Source of the DNA: an uncultured bacterium
GTDB taxonomy: Bacteria > Actinomycetota > Coriobacteriia > Coriobacteriales > Coriobacteriaceae
Length of the DNA: 64,000 nt
Direction: 5' to 3'
Assembly: GCA_905214435.1 (NCBI GenBank)
Contig: CAJMMA010000005.1
Location: forward strand, 3,525-67,524
Shown: positions 25,130 to 33,975 of the stretch, piece after piece
Position numbering within the stretch: position 1 is the stretch's first letter
How the letters are laid out: every line of letters starts with the position of its first letter
The notes under the pieces: model-generated
Database searches by the model: none
What the model was told of the DNA's origin: nothing
What the model saw: only the letters and a program-made list of their open reading frames with translations
Made by a program: the position numbers and the translations under genes

Positions 25130-25858
25130 TTACTCCTCCGATGCAGTGGACGCGGTGTCGTCACCTTCGGCACCATCACCGGCCGAAGGCTCGGCCAGAC
25201 GATAGCCCACGCCGCGCACGGTCTCGATGGCGCTCGCATGCTCGCCGAGCTTTTGGCGGAGCGTCTGCACATGTACGTCGACGGTGCGCGAACCGCCGTC
25301 GAAGTCCCAGCCCCATACGCTCTGCAGCAGCGACTCGCGGGTAAAGACCACGCCAGGTTTGCGCATGAGGTACTCGAGCAGGTCGAATTCGCGCAGCGTG
25401 AGCTTGAGCGGTTCACCGGCAACAGTCACTTCGCGGTGGCTGGGCGAAAGTACGATATCGCCCACGCTGAGCACATCGCTCGCCTGCTTGACCATGCCGC
25501 CGCGACGCAGCAGTGCGCGGCAACGGCTCGCAAGCTCCATGAGCGAAAACGGCTTAGTCAGGTAATCGTCGGCACCGCCATCGAGCGCCATCACCTTGTC
25601 GAGTTCGGTGTCCTTGGCGGTAAGCATCATGATGGGCACCGTCGCCGTCAGGCGATCGGCACGCAGGCGACGCATAATCGCCAAGCCATCGGTGTCGGGC
25701 AGCATGATATCGAGCAGCACAGCATCGGGCACCCGTCGCACCACGGCAGCTTTAAACTCGCCATCGCACGAAAAGCCCTCGGCCTCGATTCCCTGCTTGC
25801 GCAGCGCGTAGACTGTCAAATCCCTGATGTTGTCATCGTCCTCGACGTAATAGATCAT
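25130..25858 (-). CDS. OmpR/PhoB-family response regulator
   Basis: Receiver domain (MIYYVEDDDNI..., LLDIMLPDTDG, MMLTAKD) plus winged-helix output (TLREFDLLEYL..., VRGVGYRL). There is an acidic C-terminal tail. It is 3 nt upstream of the kinase. Confidence 0.9.
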   Translation of the reverse strand: MIYYVEDDDNIRDLTVYALRKQGIEAEGFSCDGEFKAAVVRRVPDAVLLDIMLPDTDGLAIMRRLRADRLTATVPIMMLTAKDTELDKVMALDGGADDYLTKPFSLMELASRCRALLRRGGMVKQASDVLSVGDIVLSPSHREVTVAGEPLKLTLREFDLLEYLMRKPGVVFTRESLLQSVWGWDFDGGSRTVDVHVQTLRQKLGEHASAIETVRGVGYRLAEPSAGDGAEGDDTASTASEE

Positions 25859-25922
25859 GTTGAACCCCTTTGCGGCCGATATGACCGCATCTTAACCCTA
25901 AAGGCACCTGCAAAAGACAGCG

Positions 25923-26798
25923 TCAGCCAAAACGCCCCGTCAAATAATCCGCGGTGCGCGGATCGGACGGATTCTTGAAGAGTTGCGCGGTGGGCGCGTG
26001 CTCCACCAGCTCACCCAGCAAAAAGAACGCAACCGAATCGGAAATACGCGCGGCCTGCTGCATGTTGTGCGTCACGACCACCAGCGTGCAGGTCTCCTTG
26101 AGCTCGCAGGCCAGCTGCTCCACCACCAACGTCGACACAGGGTCGAGTGCCGAGGTCGGCTCGTCCATCAGCAGAATGTCGGGCTGCACGGCAAGTGCGC
26201 GGGCGATGCACAGGCGCTGCTGCTGTCCACCCGAAAGACCCAGGCCCGACTCCATGAGCTTGTCCTTGACCTCGTCCCATAGCGCAGCGCGACGAAGGGA
26301 GTCCTCGACCAGCTCATCGAGCATGACACGGTCGCGCACACCCATACCGCGCGGACCGTAGGCGACGTTGTCGTAGATGCTCATGGGAAACGGGTTGGGG
26401 CGCTGGAACACCATGCCCACGCGCTGGCGCAAACGGCAGATGTCGTAATCGCCCAGGATATCTTGACCATCGAGCGCGATCTTGCCCTCGATGCGGCAAT
26501 CCTTGATGCCGTCGTTCATGCGGTTAAAGCAGCGCAGCAACGTGGACTTTCCGCAGCCCGAAGGCCCGATGAACGAGGTGATCTGCTTGTCGCGGATCTT
26601 GATATTCACGTCCTTGAGCGCATGGTGGTCGCCATAGAACAGGTCGAGGCCCTCGACATCGATGCGCGTCGGCGAGGCGGCAAGATCCTCTGCCGTGGGG
26701 CGAGTCGCATCCCCAACCTCGCGCTCATGCGCGGCCTCGGCCTGCGCTTCCATGAGTTCTTCAAGCTCCGTGGGCTCCACAGCCGCAGCAGCCTTCAT
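25923..26798 (-). CDS. pstB: Phosphate ABC transporter ATP-binding protein PstB (no pstSCA next to it)
   Basis: [57 protein letters not shown], ...[10 protein letters not shown] are PstB-specific blocks. Start chosen at ATG 26798 (MKAAAA...) after tatGGAGGTGtgcggt. The track ORF starts at 26813. Confidence 0.9.
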   Translation of the reverse strand: MKAAAAVEPTELEELMEAQAEAAHEREVGDATRPTAEDLAASPTRIDVEGLDLFYGDHHALKDVNIKIRDKQITSFIGPSGCGKSTLLRCFNRMNDGIKDCRIEGKIALDGQDILGDYDICRLRQRVGMVFQRPNPFPMSIYDNVAYGPRGMGVRDRVMLDELVEDSLRRAALWDEVKDKLMESGLGLSGGQQQRLCIARALAVQPDILLMDEPTSALDPVSTLVVEQLACELKETCTLVVVTHNMQQAARISDSVAFFLLGELVEHAPTAQLFKNPSDPRTADYLTGRFG

Positions 26799-26901
26799 AC
26801 CGCACACCTCCATATCGATATCAATTCAGCAGTATCGATAGTAGGAATCGCGGCTCATACGCACGTGAGCACATTGTCAAGTGTTTGTAAGGGCACGCAG
26901 G

Positions 26902-28146
26902 CTATGCGGCGGGCAGCCCGATGGTGAATATCGTGTGTTCGGGCGTCGATTCACATGCAACGGTACCGCCGTGTGCCGCGATGATCTCCTTGGCAATAGC
27001 AAGGCCCAAACCGGCACCACCGCGATTGGTCGCACGCGCCGCATCCAGGCGATAGAACTTCTCAAAGATCACCTTGAGCTTAGCCGCAGGGATAGGATCG
27101 CCCTGATTGATAAAGCGCACGCGCACGCCGCCATCGTCTTGGCGCCTGGCCTCAATCGTGATAGTCGAACCCTCATAGCTATAGGCGACGGCGTTTTTCA
27201 TGATGTTGTTGAACACGCGGGCCATCTTGTCGCCATCCACGAGCACCGTCAGGTCCTCGCGAATATCAACTTGGGCTTCCTTATGCTGCTCGTTGAGGAT
27301 GGGATAGAACTCGTCAGCCACCTGAGCCAGCAGCAACCCCAGATCAACATAGCCGCGCGTGAGCACGATATCGTGGAAGTCAAAGCGCGTGATATCGAAG
27401 AACTCTTCGATGAGCGCATCGAGCCGGTGCGCCTTGTCGAGCGCCACGCCCGTAAAACGTGTGCGCTGCTCAACCGGCAGCTCAGGAGCCTCTTGCAGCA
27501 GCGAAAGATAGCCCACCACACTGGCAAGCGGGGTGCGTAGGTCATGTGCCAAGTACGTGACCAAATCGTCCTTGCGATGCGACTCGTCACGCAGAGCTTG
27601 CTGCACCTTGCGCTCACGGTCACGCACGCGGTTAAGGGCGCCCTCGACCTCCAAGAAGTCGCCGTCGATGTTATCCCAGGTGTCGGGGTGATCGATCAGG
27701 CGATCTTGAATACGAGCGGCCAGCACACAATCGGCATGCTGCTCGCCCTGCTCGTAGCCATGGTAGTACAGGGCGCGGCCGCAAAAGAACAGCACGCACA
27801 CGGCAAGCGCCAGCACAAAGCCAAGCATGTTGAATACAAAGCCGGCATCGAACAGCACCGGCCCTTCGATGCCGCCGAGCGCCATGGCGCCAATCGCCAA
27901 CGTCATGGCCCACGCGGCACCGCCAATCACCACGCAACGGCGCACGATTTCGAATCGATCGATCAGCAAAAAGCCGACAAGCAGCACCGCCAAGATTCCA
28001 GCGATGTTATCGATGCCAATCAGCAGCAGGCTCAGCAAAAAGAGCAGCACCGTTGCAAGCGCGCGGTTGTCGACGACCGACCTCACGTATTCAAAGAGTC
28101 GATCGGGCACCTCGAATGCCTGCCTATCGTCTTTTGTCATATCCAC
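26902..28146 (-). CDS. Sensor histidine kinase (VanS/cell-envelope-stress-like)
   Basis: Several N-terminal TM segments, H-box YLAHDLRTPLASVVGY and an HATPase_c domain (NAVAYS, NQGDPIP, GGAGLGLAIAKEI). Confidence 0.85.
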   Translation of the reverse strand: MDMTKDDRQAFEVPDRLFEYVRSVVDNRALATVLLFLLSLLLIGIDNIAGILAVLLVGFLLIDRFEIVRRCVVIGGAAWAMTLAIGAMALGGIEGPVLFDAGFVFNMLGFVLALAVCVLFFCGRALYYHGYEQGEQHADCVLAARIQDRLIDHPDTWDNIDGDFLEVEGALNRVRDRERKVQQALRDESHRKDDLVTYLAHDLRTPLASVVGYLSLLQEAPELPVEQRTRFTGVALDKAHRLDALIEEFFDITRFDFHDIVLTRGYVDLGLLLAQVADEFYPILNEQHKEAQVDIREDLTVLVDGDKMARVFNNIMKNAVAYSYEGSTITIEARRQDDGGVRVRFINQGDPIPAAKLKVIFEKFYRLDAARATNRGGAGLGLAIAKEIIAAHGGTVACESTPEHTIFTIGLPAA

Positions 28147-28165
28147 TTCCCCACCATTAAAGGCG

Positions 28166-28861
28166 TTATTCGATTATGTAGCCGACGCCCCAGACGTTTT
28201 TGATAAAGCGCGGCTTTTGAGCGTCGTCACCGATCTTTTCGCGCAGGTGGCGAATGTGCACCATCACCGTATTGTTGGAGCCGGGCATAAAATCCTCGTT
28301 CCACACCGCGCGGAACAGATCCTCCACGGCCACCACACTGCCGCGATGCTCGACCAGATACAGCAAGATGGAATACTCGATGGGCGTGAGGCGCACCGGC
28401 GCACCGTCCACCATTACGGAACGAGCATCGCGGTTGATCTCCAGGCCGTCGAGCTGGATGGTCGGCGACTCGGCCACCTGCGCGCGGCTACCGTAGCTGG
28501 TGTAGCGACGAAGCTGAGCATGCACGCGCGCGATGAGCTCCAGCGGACGGAACGGCTTAACCACGTAATCGTCCGCGCCAAGCGAAAGGCCCTCGATCTT
28601 GTCTTGCTGGGCATCGCGCGCCGTCAGCATGATCACGGGATAGGTATGGCTGGAACGGATCGTACGCAGTAGCTCAAAGCCATCGATATCGGGCAGCATG
28701 ACATCCAACAGTGCCAGATCGAACTCCTGCTCCAGGATTGCCTTGGCAGCATCGGCCCCGCTATAGGCAATCTGGACATCAAAGCCCTCTTTTGTAAGGT
28801 AGATACCAACCAAGTCGGCGATGGCCTTCTCGTCATCAACTACCAAAATGCGCTCGTTCAT
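28166..28861 (-). CDS. OmpR-family response regulator (VanR-like)
   Basis: MNERILVVDDEKAIADLV..., LLDVMLPDIDG, MLTARD and a winged-helix C-terminus ...NVWGVGYIIE. It is 19 nt upstream of the kinase. Confidence 0.9.
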   Translation of the reverse strand: MNERILVVDDEKAIADLVGIYLTKEGFDVQIAYSGADAAKAILEQEFDLALLDVMLPDIDGFELLRTIRSSHTYPVIMLTARDAQQDKIEGLSLGADDYVVKPFRPLELIARVHAQLRRYTSYGSRAQVAESPTIQLDGLEINRDARSVMVDGAPVRLTPIEYSILLYLVEHRGSVVAVEDLFRAVWNEDFMPGSNNTVMVHIRHLREKIGDDAQKPRFIKNVWGVGYIIE

Positions 28862-28989
28862 GCGTGCTCCTCTCGCGCTCCATTATGCCCGAGGCGACGC
28901 ACGCCACACACAACAAGCGTGGGTGATTAAGTCGGCCTTAAGCACCCTTGTGCCCGTTCGGGCGCGGATGTGGGCCACGCACGCACGCG

Positions 28990-30399
28990 ATGATCGCCGA
29001 CGCCGGCAAACGATATACTCTAGTTCCAGAAGAGACCATCCCGTCGAAAGCGAAATCCGTGAAGTCCCTCACCTCTTTTGCAAAGCGCTCAGCCCAGCTT
29101 GCCGCCGGCTTTGTCTGCGCTATCGCCCTTGCCGCTGGCGCGCCCACCGTCGCCGGCGCCCAAGTGCTCACGACCGACAATGTTTGCGGCAAAACCGCCG
29201 ATGCGCGCGGCATCACGGCCGAAAACCTGCCCGATATCGATGCGACCAATGCCCTCGTCATGGGCAAAGACGGCACCGTCTACTATGCCCGCGGCGCCGA
29301 TGAGCAGGTCAAGATTGCCTCGATCACCAAGGTCATGACCGCAATCCTAACCGTCGAGAATTGCAAGATGGACGAGAAGGTCACGGTGAGCAACGCCGCA
29401 GCCACCGTGGGCAATTCAACAGCCGGCCTACTCGAAGGCGACGAGCTCACCGTGGAGCAGGCACTGCGCGGCCTGATGATTCCCTCGGGCAACGACGCCG
29501 CCATCGTGCTCGCCGAATATGTGGGCAAGAAGATCGACCCTAAGACCAAAGACGCCGAGGCAACATTTGTGAAAGCCATGAACGAGCGCGCTAAGAAGCT
29601 CGGTTGCACCGGCACGCTTTTTGAAAACCCGCATGGTCTGGACTTTGATGAGTGGGCTGGCGATATGCACTCAACCGCACACGACGTAGCGCTGATGATG
29701 CAAGAGGCCATGAAAAACGACACGATCCGCGAGGTCGTAGCGAGCGAGGATTCCTGGATCGAGGTCACGGGCGCCGACGGCACCGACCATTCGCATTCCA
29801 TGGACACGCATAACTATTTGCTAGGCCAAGATGGCAACATCGGTGGCAAGACCGGCACCACCGATGATGCAGGCTATTGCTTTACGGGTGCCTACAACCG
29901 CGATGGCGACGAGATCTACACCGTCGTTTTGAACTCCACCACCACCGACCAGCGCTTTACCGATACCGCAACCCTTGCCAATTGGTACTACGGTCACAAG
30001 GTGACGGTCGCAATCGCCAACACGCAGGAAAAGACCGCCAACGGCAACCCGCTTATGGCGCGCATTGGCCAAACCGACTGGACGGATAAGACGATCGACG
30101 CCACGCTCGCCGATCCTACGGCGCAAGCGACCGTGTTTTCCCTTGCCGGCGAGGTGACCGAAAAGGTTAGCTACGACGATCTTTCGGGCACGGTGCATGT
30201 GGGCGACAAGGTGGGCAGCGTTACGCTCAAGCAGGATGGCACCAAGATCGCCGTCATGGACCTGGTTGCCGACGAGGAAGGCGCAGGGCCGAATCCCATT
30301 GAATGGCTGCTCGTGAAGCTCGATCGCTTGGGCCGTCGCATCGACAACCGCCCACTCACGGCAGAAAGCGAGACCGTCGCCAAGGCGCCCGAGGTGTAG
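28990..30399 (+). CDS. Serine-type D-Ala-D-Ala carboxypeptidase (peptidase S11, PBP5/DacB-like) with a C-terminal extension
   Basis: SxxK (ASITKVMT), SxN (IPSGNDAA) and KTG (GGKTGTT) motifs. Signal-peptide-like FAKRSAQLAAGFVCAIALAAGAPTVAGAQ. The start is uncertain: the track ORF begins at TTG 28948, ATG at 28990, GTG at 29059. Confidence 0.85.
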   Translation: MIADAGKRYTLVPEETIPSKAKSVKSLTSFAKRSAQLAAGFVCAIALAAGAPTVAGAQVLTTDNVCGKTADARGITAENLPDIDATNALVMGKDGTVYYARGADEQVKIASITKVMTAILTVENCKMDEKVTVSNAAATVGNSTAGLLEGDELTVEQALRGLMIPSGNDAAIVLAEYVGKKIDPKTKDAEATFVKAMNERAKKLGCTGTLFENPHGLDFDEWAGDMHSTAHDVALMMQEAMKNDTIREVVASEDSWIEVTGADGTDHSHSMDTHNYLLGQDGNIGGKTGTTDDAGYCFTGAYNRDGDEIYTVVLNSTTTDQRFTDTATLANWYYGHKVTVAIANTQEKTANGNPLMARIGQTDWTDKTIDATLADPTAQATVFSLAGEVTEKVSYDDLSGTVHVGDKVGSVTLKQDGTKIAVMDLVADEEGAGPNPIEWLLVKLDRLGRRIDNRPLTAESETVAKAPEV

Positions 30400-30426
30400 G
30401 GCGCAAGAATAATAAGTCCACTGAAA

Positions 30427-30456
30427 GGAGGCGTCCGAAAGGATGCCTCCTTTTTT
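30427..30456 (+). terminator. Intrinsic terminator of the carboxypeptidase gene
   Basis: GGAGGCGTCC-gaaa-GGATGCCTCC followed by tttttt. Confidence 0.8.
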
Positions 30457-30480
30457 GAGGGTTCGAATCCCCAGCCGCCA
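30457..30480 (+). repeat. Inverted partial copy of the tRNA-Ser 3' end (T-loop, T-stem, acceptor, CCA)
   Basis: GAGGGTTCGAATCCCCAGCCGCCA on the plus strand, compared with GGGGTTCGAATCCCCAGCTCTCCGCCA for the 3' end of the minus-strand tRNA-Ser 50 nt away. The two match apart from a 4-nt gap and the first stem bases. Confidence 0.7.
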
Positions 30481-30530
30481 TTCTTGATAATAAAAAGGGC
30501 CCCAAATGGGACCCTTCTTCAAATTCGTAC

Positions 30531-30621
30531 TGGCGGAGAGCTGGGGATTCGAACCCCAGATGCCCTTTTGGGGCATACTCGCTTAGCAGGCGAGCACCTT
30601 CGGCCTCTCGGTCAGCTCTCC
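30531..30621 (-). tRNA. tRNA-Ser (anticodon GCT)
   Basis: Minus-strand reading: GGAGAGC-TG-ACCG..GGTG-CTCGC-CTGCTAA-GCGAG-long variable arm (TATGCCCCAAAAGGGCATC)-TGGGG-TTCGAAT-CCCCA-GCTCTCC-G-CCA. Perfect 7-bp acceptor, class II variable arm, encoded CCA. Confidence 0.9.
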
Positions 30622-30713
30622 GTAACAGCCGTTCTATAGTAACCAAACAGCCAAGGATGAGCAAGAGGAAATTTTCTAATTGCCTAGCAGCCTTTCCTTC
30701 TTGAAAGCTTCGC

Positions 30714-33155
30714 CTACCCCAGCGAGCGGTTGAGGGAGCCGAGCTCGTCGTTGCCCATGGTGCGCCACATTTGGAAGATACAACCGCGCGCCAGGAAAAA
30801 GAAACCGTTGTCGACCAGTTGCACAGCGGCATCTGCCAGCTGATTCGTCACGGCGGACACTGGCGGCAGCTCTAGTCCAGCCTTGTGGATGGTCTCGACC
30901 GCTTCCTCGAACGTCGGAGGCCCGCTGACGCCCATCTCGTTCATAAGGCCCTGCATTTCTTCCAGCGCGCTGCTGCCCGACTCCTCGCCGCGCGGCACCA
31001 GACGGTAACAAGCCAGCGCCAGGTCGAGCTGATCGCAATTCCAATAGGCAAACGCCAAGCGATAGAACAGGTAGCCGATTGCAGAACGATCGCTGGCAAT
31101 ACGTAGGCCGTGGCGCGCCACCTCGATAATCTCGTCAAAGCGCTCCAGACGCGCAAGCACGTTGATGAGCGCAAAGTGCGACTGCATGGACGAGCGCGCC
31201 AGATCGTAAAGATGGCGCACCTCGGGCAGTGCTCGTTCAAAGTCCTCTTGCTCGGCGTAAAAGCTGCAGATCTCGTGCTGGGCAAAGTACAGCGCATCGG
31301 GCGCACGAAGGATTCGCACAGAGCGGTCTTCTTCCAACACCGGTAGCACCATGCGCACCAGCTGGTTATCGCAAAACTGCGTTTGAACCGGACCTGTCGC
31401 CAAAAGCTCGGCGACGGCGCACTTAGCCTCCAACTCCTCAACAAGACGGGAAAAGCCTTCAAAAGCACCTGTACGGTCGACTTTTGCCTGCTCGCGCAAT
31501 TCAACAACACGGGCCACGTATGGGTCGTCGTCCTCTTCCATGACCTCCAGCTCGTCAGCCGTATCGGCAAGCAGCAGATCGCGCAGCGCCGGCGGCAGCA
31601 TGCGATGGTCATCACGCGGACGAGCATGAACCTCCGCAGGTTCAATCGTCTCCGGAGCGGTTGACTCATATGCCTCAAGCACACGCTTGCACGGCATATC
31701 GTCCATGTCCATGCTCTCAAGATCCTTGGCGACAGGCACGCAATCGGCCAGATAGGCCGCGCGCCCAAAGAAATACGTTGCAACAACGCGCTCGCCCTGC
31801 TCACTGTCGGGAGCAGCAATCTGCACATAGCAGCGCGTGATGCAGGTGCCCGCGGCAAAACACGCTGCCGCAAGCGTGAGTGCCACGCGCGCATCGTGCT
31901 CCGCGGCCCAGATCGCACGCGCGTCCTCGTCCAACTCGCGCCAGGCGTCATCTTGAGCGTCGTATTCACGTTGCGGCATGGCATCAACGACAGACTGCCC
32001 AAACCGAACGAGCATGATCCCTTCGGCAACGTTGGCCCGATAGGTATAGTCGAGCCGCGTGACCACGTTAAGTGCCTCGACAATACGCGCGAAGCGGGTA
32101 CGCACATCCCACTCACCGCCCGGCTGGCAAGCCACCGTACCCGGTTTGCCCCACGGGTTATCGCTCGAGGCCGTATCAAGCAGTCGGGGAACATCGTTGG
32201 TCGTCTTGGCGATATGCCACGCATCAAAGAGCGCGCAGCCCTCAAGGCTCGGCGAGGATGCCGCAGGGACCAATCCGGCCCCGATGTGCTCAAGGATGCC
32301 GGAGAGACGGTTAAGACGGCACTCGATGGCAAGCAGCATGTCAATCTCGTCCCGGTCCAGCAGGCTGCGATCAAAATTGAGATAGAAAAGCTTTGAGCGA
32401 TCGATGCGAGCCAGGCTCATCTCGGACTTAGCGGCGATGGTGCGCAAGCGAGGCAAGTCAATTTCACTCATAAGGGCGGCGGCATAGCGCTCGATACCGC
32501 TCGGATTCTCGGCATGGTCAACGCGGTAGAGCAGCGTCTCGATAGCGTCAGGTAGCGGTGTCGTGTTAAAGCCCAAAAACACCTCGACCGGCTCGGGCAA
32601 CTTTACGAGCTTGATCTTGTCGACAACGTTTTGCATACCCTCGTCGAGTCCGTCGGCGTCCGCCGTGCTCGCAATGGTATTTTCGGAGTCAGCGAATATC
32701 ACGTAGCGCAGGAACATCGATGCCATGAACTCACCGTAAGGAAGGGAGCGGGTCGAATTCCATGTCTCGTGATCGGACTGTTCGCGCATGGGACCTTCGG
32801 GAGAGCCGACGGTTCGCGCGCACGCGCGCATCGTGCCGTTTGCTCCCCTCACCATAATCTCACCAATACCGGAGTCCGACTCGTCAAGGACCAGTTCCAT
32901 GTCGGGATCGTTGGGCAGCGGAGCCTCGCTGACGGGGCGGTCCACCTTGCACACCTCACCCGAAACGCTTACGTAGCCCAAAAGCGACACATGGCTTTTG
33001 CCAACGAATTCGACGACATAACAAGATTCATGCTGATCCTCGCCAAAGAGTTTCCAGACCACGCCATATGAGCGTCCCGCAGGCTGCTCGGGCATCGCCG
33101 GAAAGCGCTTCTTGGGATCGAGAAACCTGAGCTTGTATGTCGGACGCTCTGCCAC
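30714..33155 (-). CDS. Large hypothetical protein (813 aa) with a TPR-like helical-repeat C-terminus and no family I can name
   Basis: Single long ORF with coding-like composition. The C-terminal ~250 aa read like TPR/helical repeats (ALPEVRHLYDLARSSMQSHFALINVLARLERFDEIIEVARHGLRIA..., YLFYRLAFAYWNCDQLDLALACYRLV). The N-terminal 550 aa are unrecognised. Confidence 0.6.
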   Translation of the reverse strand: MAERPTYKLRFLDPKKRFPAMPEQPAGRSYGVVWKLFGEDQHESCYVVEFVGKSHVSLLGYVSVSGEVCKVDRPVSEAPLPNDPDMELVLDESDSGIGEIMVRGANGTMRACARTVGSPEGPMREQSDHETWNSTRSLPYGEFMASMFLRYVIFADSENTIASTADADGLDEGMQNVVDKIKLVKLPEPVEVFLGFNTTPLPDAIETLLYRVDHAENPSGIERYAAALMSEIDLPRLRTIAAKSEMSLARIDRSKLFYLNFDRSLLDRDEIDMLLAIECRLNRLSGILEHIGAGLVPAASSPSLEGCALFDAWHIAKTTNDVPRLLDTASSDNPWGKPGTVACQPGGEWDVRTRFARIVEALNVVTRLDYTYRANVAEGIMLVRFGQSVVDAMPQREYDAQDDAWRELDEDARAIWAAEHDARVALTLAAACFAAGTCITRCYVQIAAPDSEQGERVVATYFFGRAAYLADCVPVAKDLESMDMDDMPCKRVLEAYESTAPETIEPAEVHARPRDDHRMLPPALRDLLLADTADELEVMEEDDDPYVARVVELREQAKVDRTGAFEGFSRLVEELEAKCAVAELLATGPVQTQFCDNQLVRMVLPVLEEDRSVRILRAPDALYFAQHEICSFYAEQEDFERALPEVRHLYDLARSSMQSHFALINVLARLERFDEIIEVARHGLRIASDRSAIGYLFYRLAFAYWNCDQLDLALACYRLVPRGEESGSSALEEMQGLMNEMGVSGPPTFEEAVETIHKAGLELPPVSAVTNQLADAAVQLVDNGFFFLARGCIFQMWRTMGNDELGSLNRSLG

Positions 33156-33279
33156 GGAATATCACCCTGATCGGTCGCTTGAAGAAGGAGTGGTCGCGAA
33201 TAAGTCGCGACATCTACTCGGAATCTTACACGAGTTGACAGGAAATCGTCCCTTTGGACGAAAGCACTCAAGCTGGCGC

Positions 33280-33462
33280 AAAAGAAAAGCCCCCGTTGCC
33301 GGGAGCTTTAATCTCAAATGGTGCGGCGTATAGGATTCCGCGCATCCGCTGCGCGGATCCGCACCGGCTTCGCCCGCCTGCCGGCGTGCTCGCCCGCGGG
33401 CTAAAAACGCTCCGCGTTTTCTTTACGCCCGCGCCTCGACCGAGGTTCGAATCCATGCGGTG
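33280..33462 (-). repeat. T-loop-junction element, copy A: duplicated terminator plus a 20-nt tRNA-Arg 3' end, fused in the T-loop to a ~100-nt three-hairpin GC-rich core and an inverted T-loop motif
   Basis: 33280-33338 is identical to 33470-33528 (terminator plus tggtgcggcgtataggattc). After ggattc the tRNA body is replaced by cgcgcatccgctgcgcggatccgcaccggcttcgcccgcctgccggcg...ctaaaaacgctccgcgttttc...gcgcctcgaccgaGGTTCGAATCCatgcggtg. Confidence 0.8.
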
Positions 33463-33508
33463 TTTACGTAAAAGAAAAGCCCCCGTTGCCGGGAGCTTTA
33501 ATCTCAAA

Positions 33509-33585
33509 TGGTGCGGCGTATAGGATTCGAACCTATGACGTTCTGATTCGTAGTCAGACCCTCTATCCAGCTGAGGTAACGCCGC
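33509..33585 (-). tRNA. tRNA-Arg (anticodon ACG), copy 1
   Basis: Minus-strand reading: GCGGCGT-TA-CCTC-AGCTGGATA-GAGG-G-TCTGA-CTACGAA-TCAGA-ACGTC-ATAGG-TTCGAAT-CCTAT-ACGCCGC-A-CCA. Perfect cloverleaf, 77 nt. Confidence 0.92.
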
Positions 33586-33597
33586 GACTTGTTGATT

Positions 33598-33626
33598 ATT
33601 ATGCACAGGGACTGAATAATGGTCAA
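33598..33626 (-). promoter_or_regulatory. Sigma-70-type promoter for tRNA-Arg copy 1
   Basis: Minus-strand reading: TTGACC-17 nt-CATAAT, ending 12 nt before the mature 5' end. Equivalent TTGACC-17-CATAAT lies at 33864-33892 for copy 2, and TTGACT-17-TTTTAT at 34296-34324 for copy 3. Confidence 0.55.
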
Positions 33627-33774
33627 GCATTTTTTCAAAAAAAGTTATCGAATTTGATTTTTACTCATTTGATGCAGTCGATCGACTCGATACTTTCAAA
33701 CACGGCGAAAGCAACTCCTCAAGTATGTCGACATATAAGAAAAGCCTCCGTTACCGGAGGCTTTAAAGTTCAGT

Positions 33775-33851
33775 TGGTGCGGCGTATAGGATTCGAACCT
33801 ATGACGTTCTGATTCGTAGTCAGACCCTCTATCCAGCTGAGGTAACGCCGC
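33775..33851 (-). tRNA. tRNA-Arg (anticodon ACG), copy 2
   Basis: 77 nt identical to copy 1, with its own terminator (aaaagcctccgttaccggaggcttt) and promoter. Confidence 0.92.
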
Positions 33852-33975
33852 AACGCACGGATTATTATGCACGCGAGCCCCCGATGGGTCAAGCGACAAT
33901 TAGAAAAAATTTTATGGAGTGATAATTAAGTTGTTCGTGCCTCGACCGAGGTTCGAATCCATGCGGCGTCCACCT

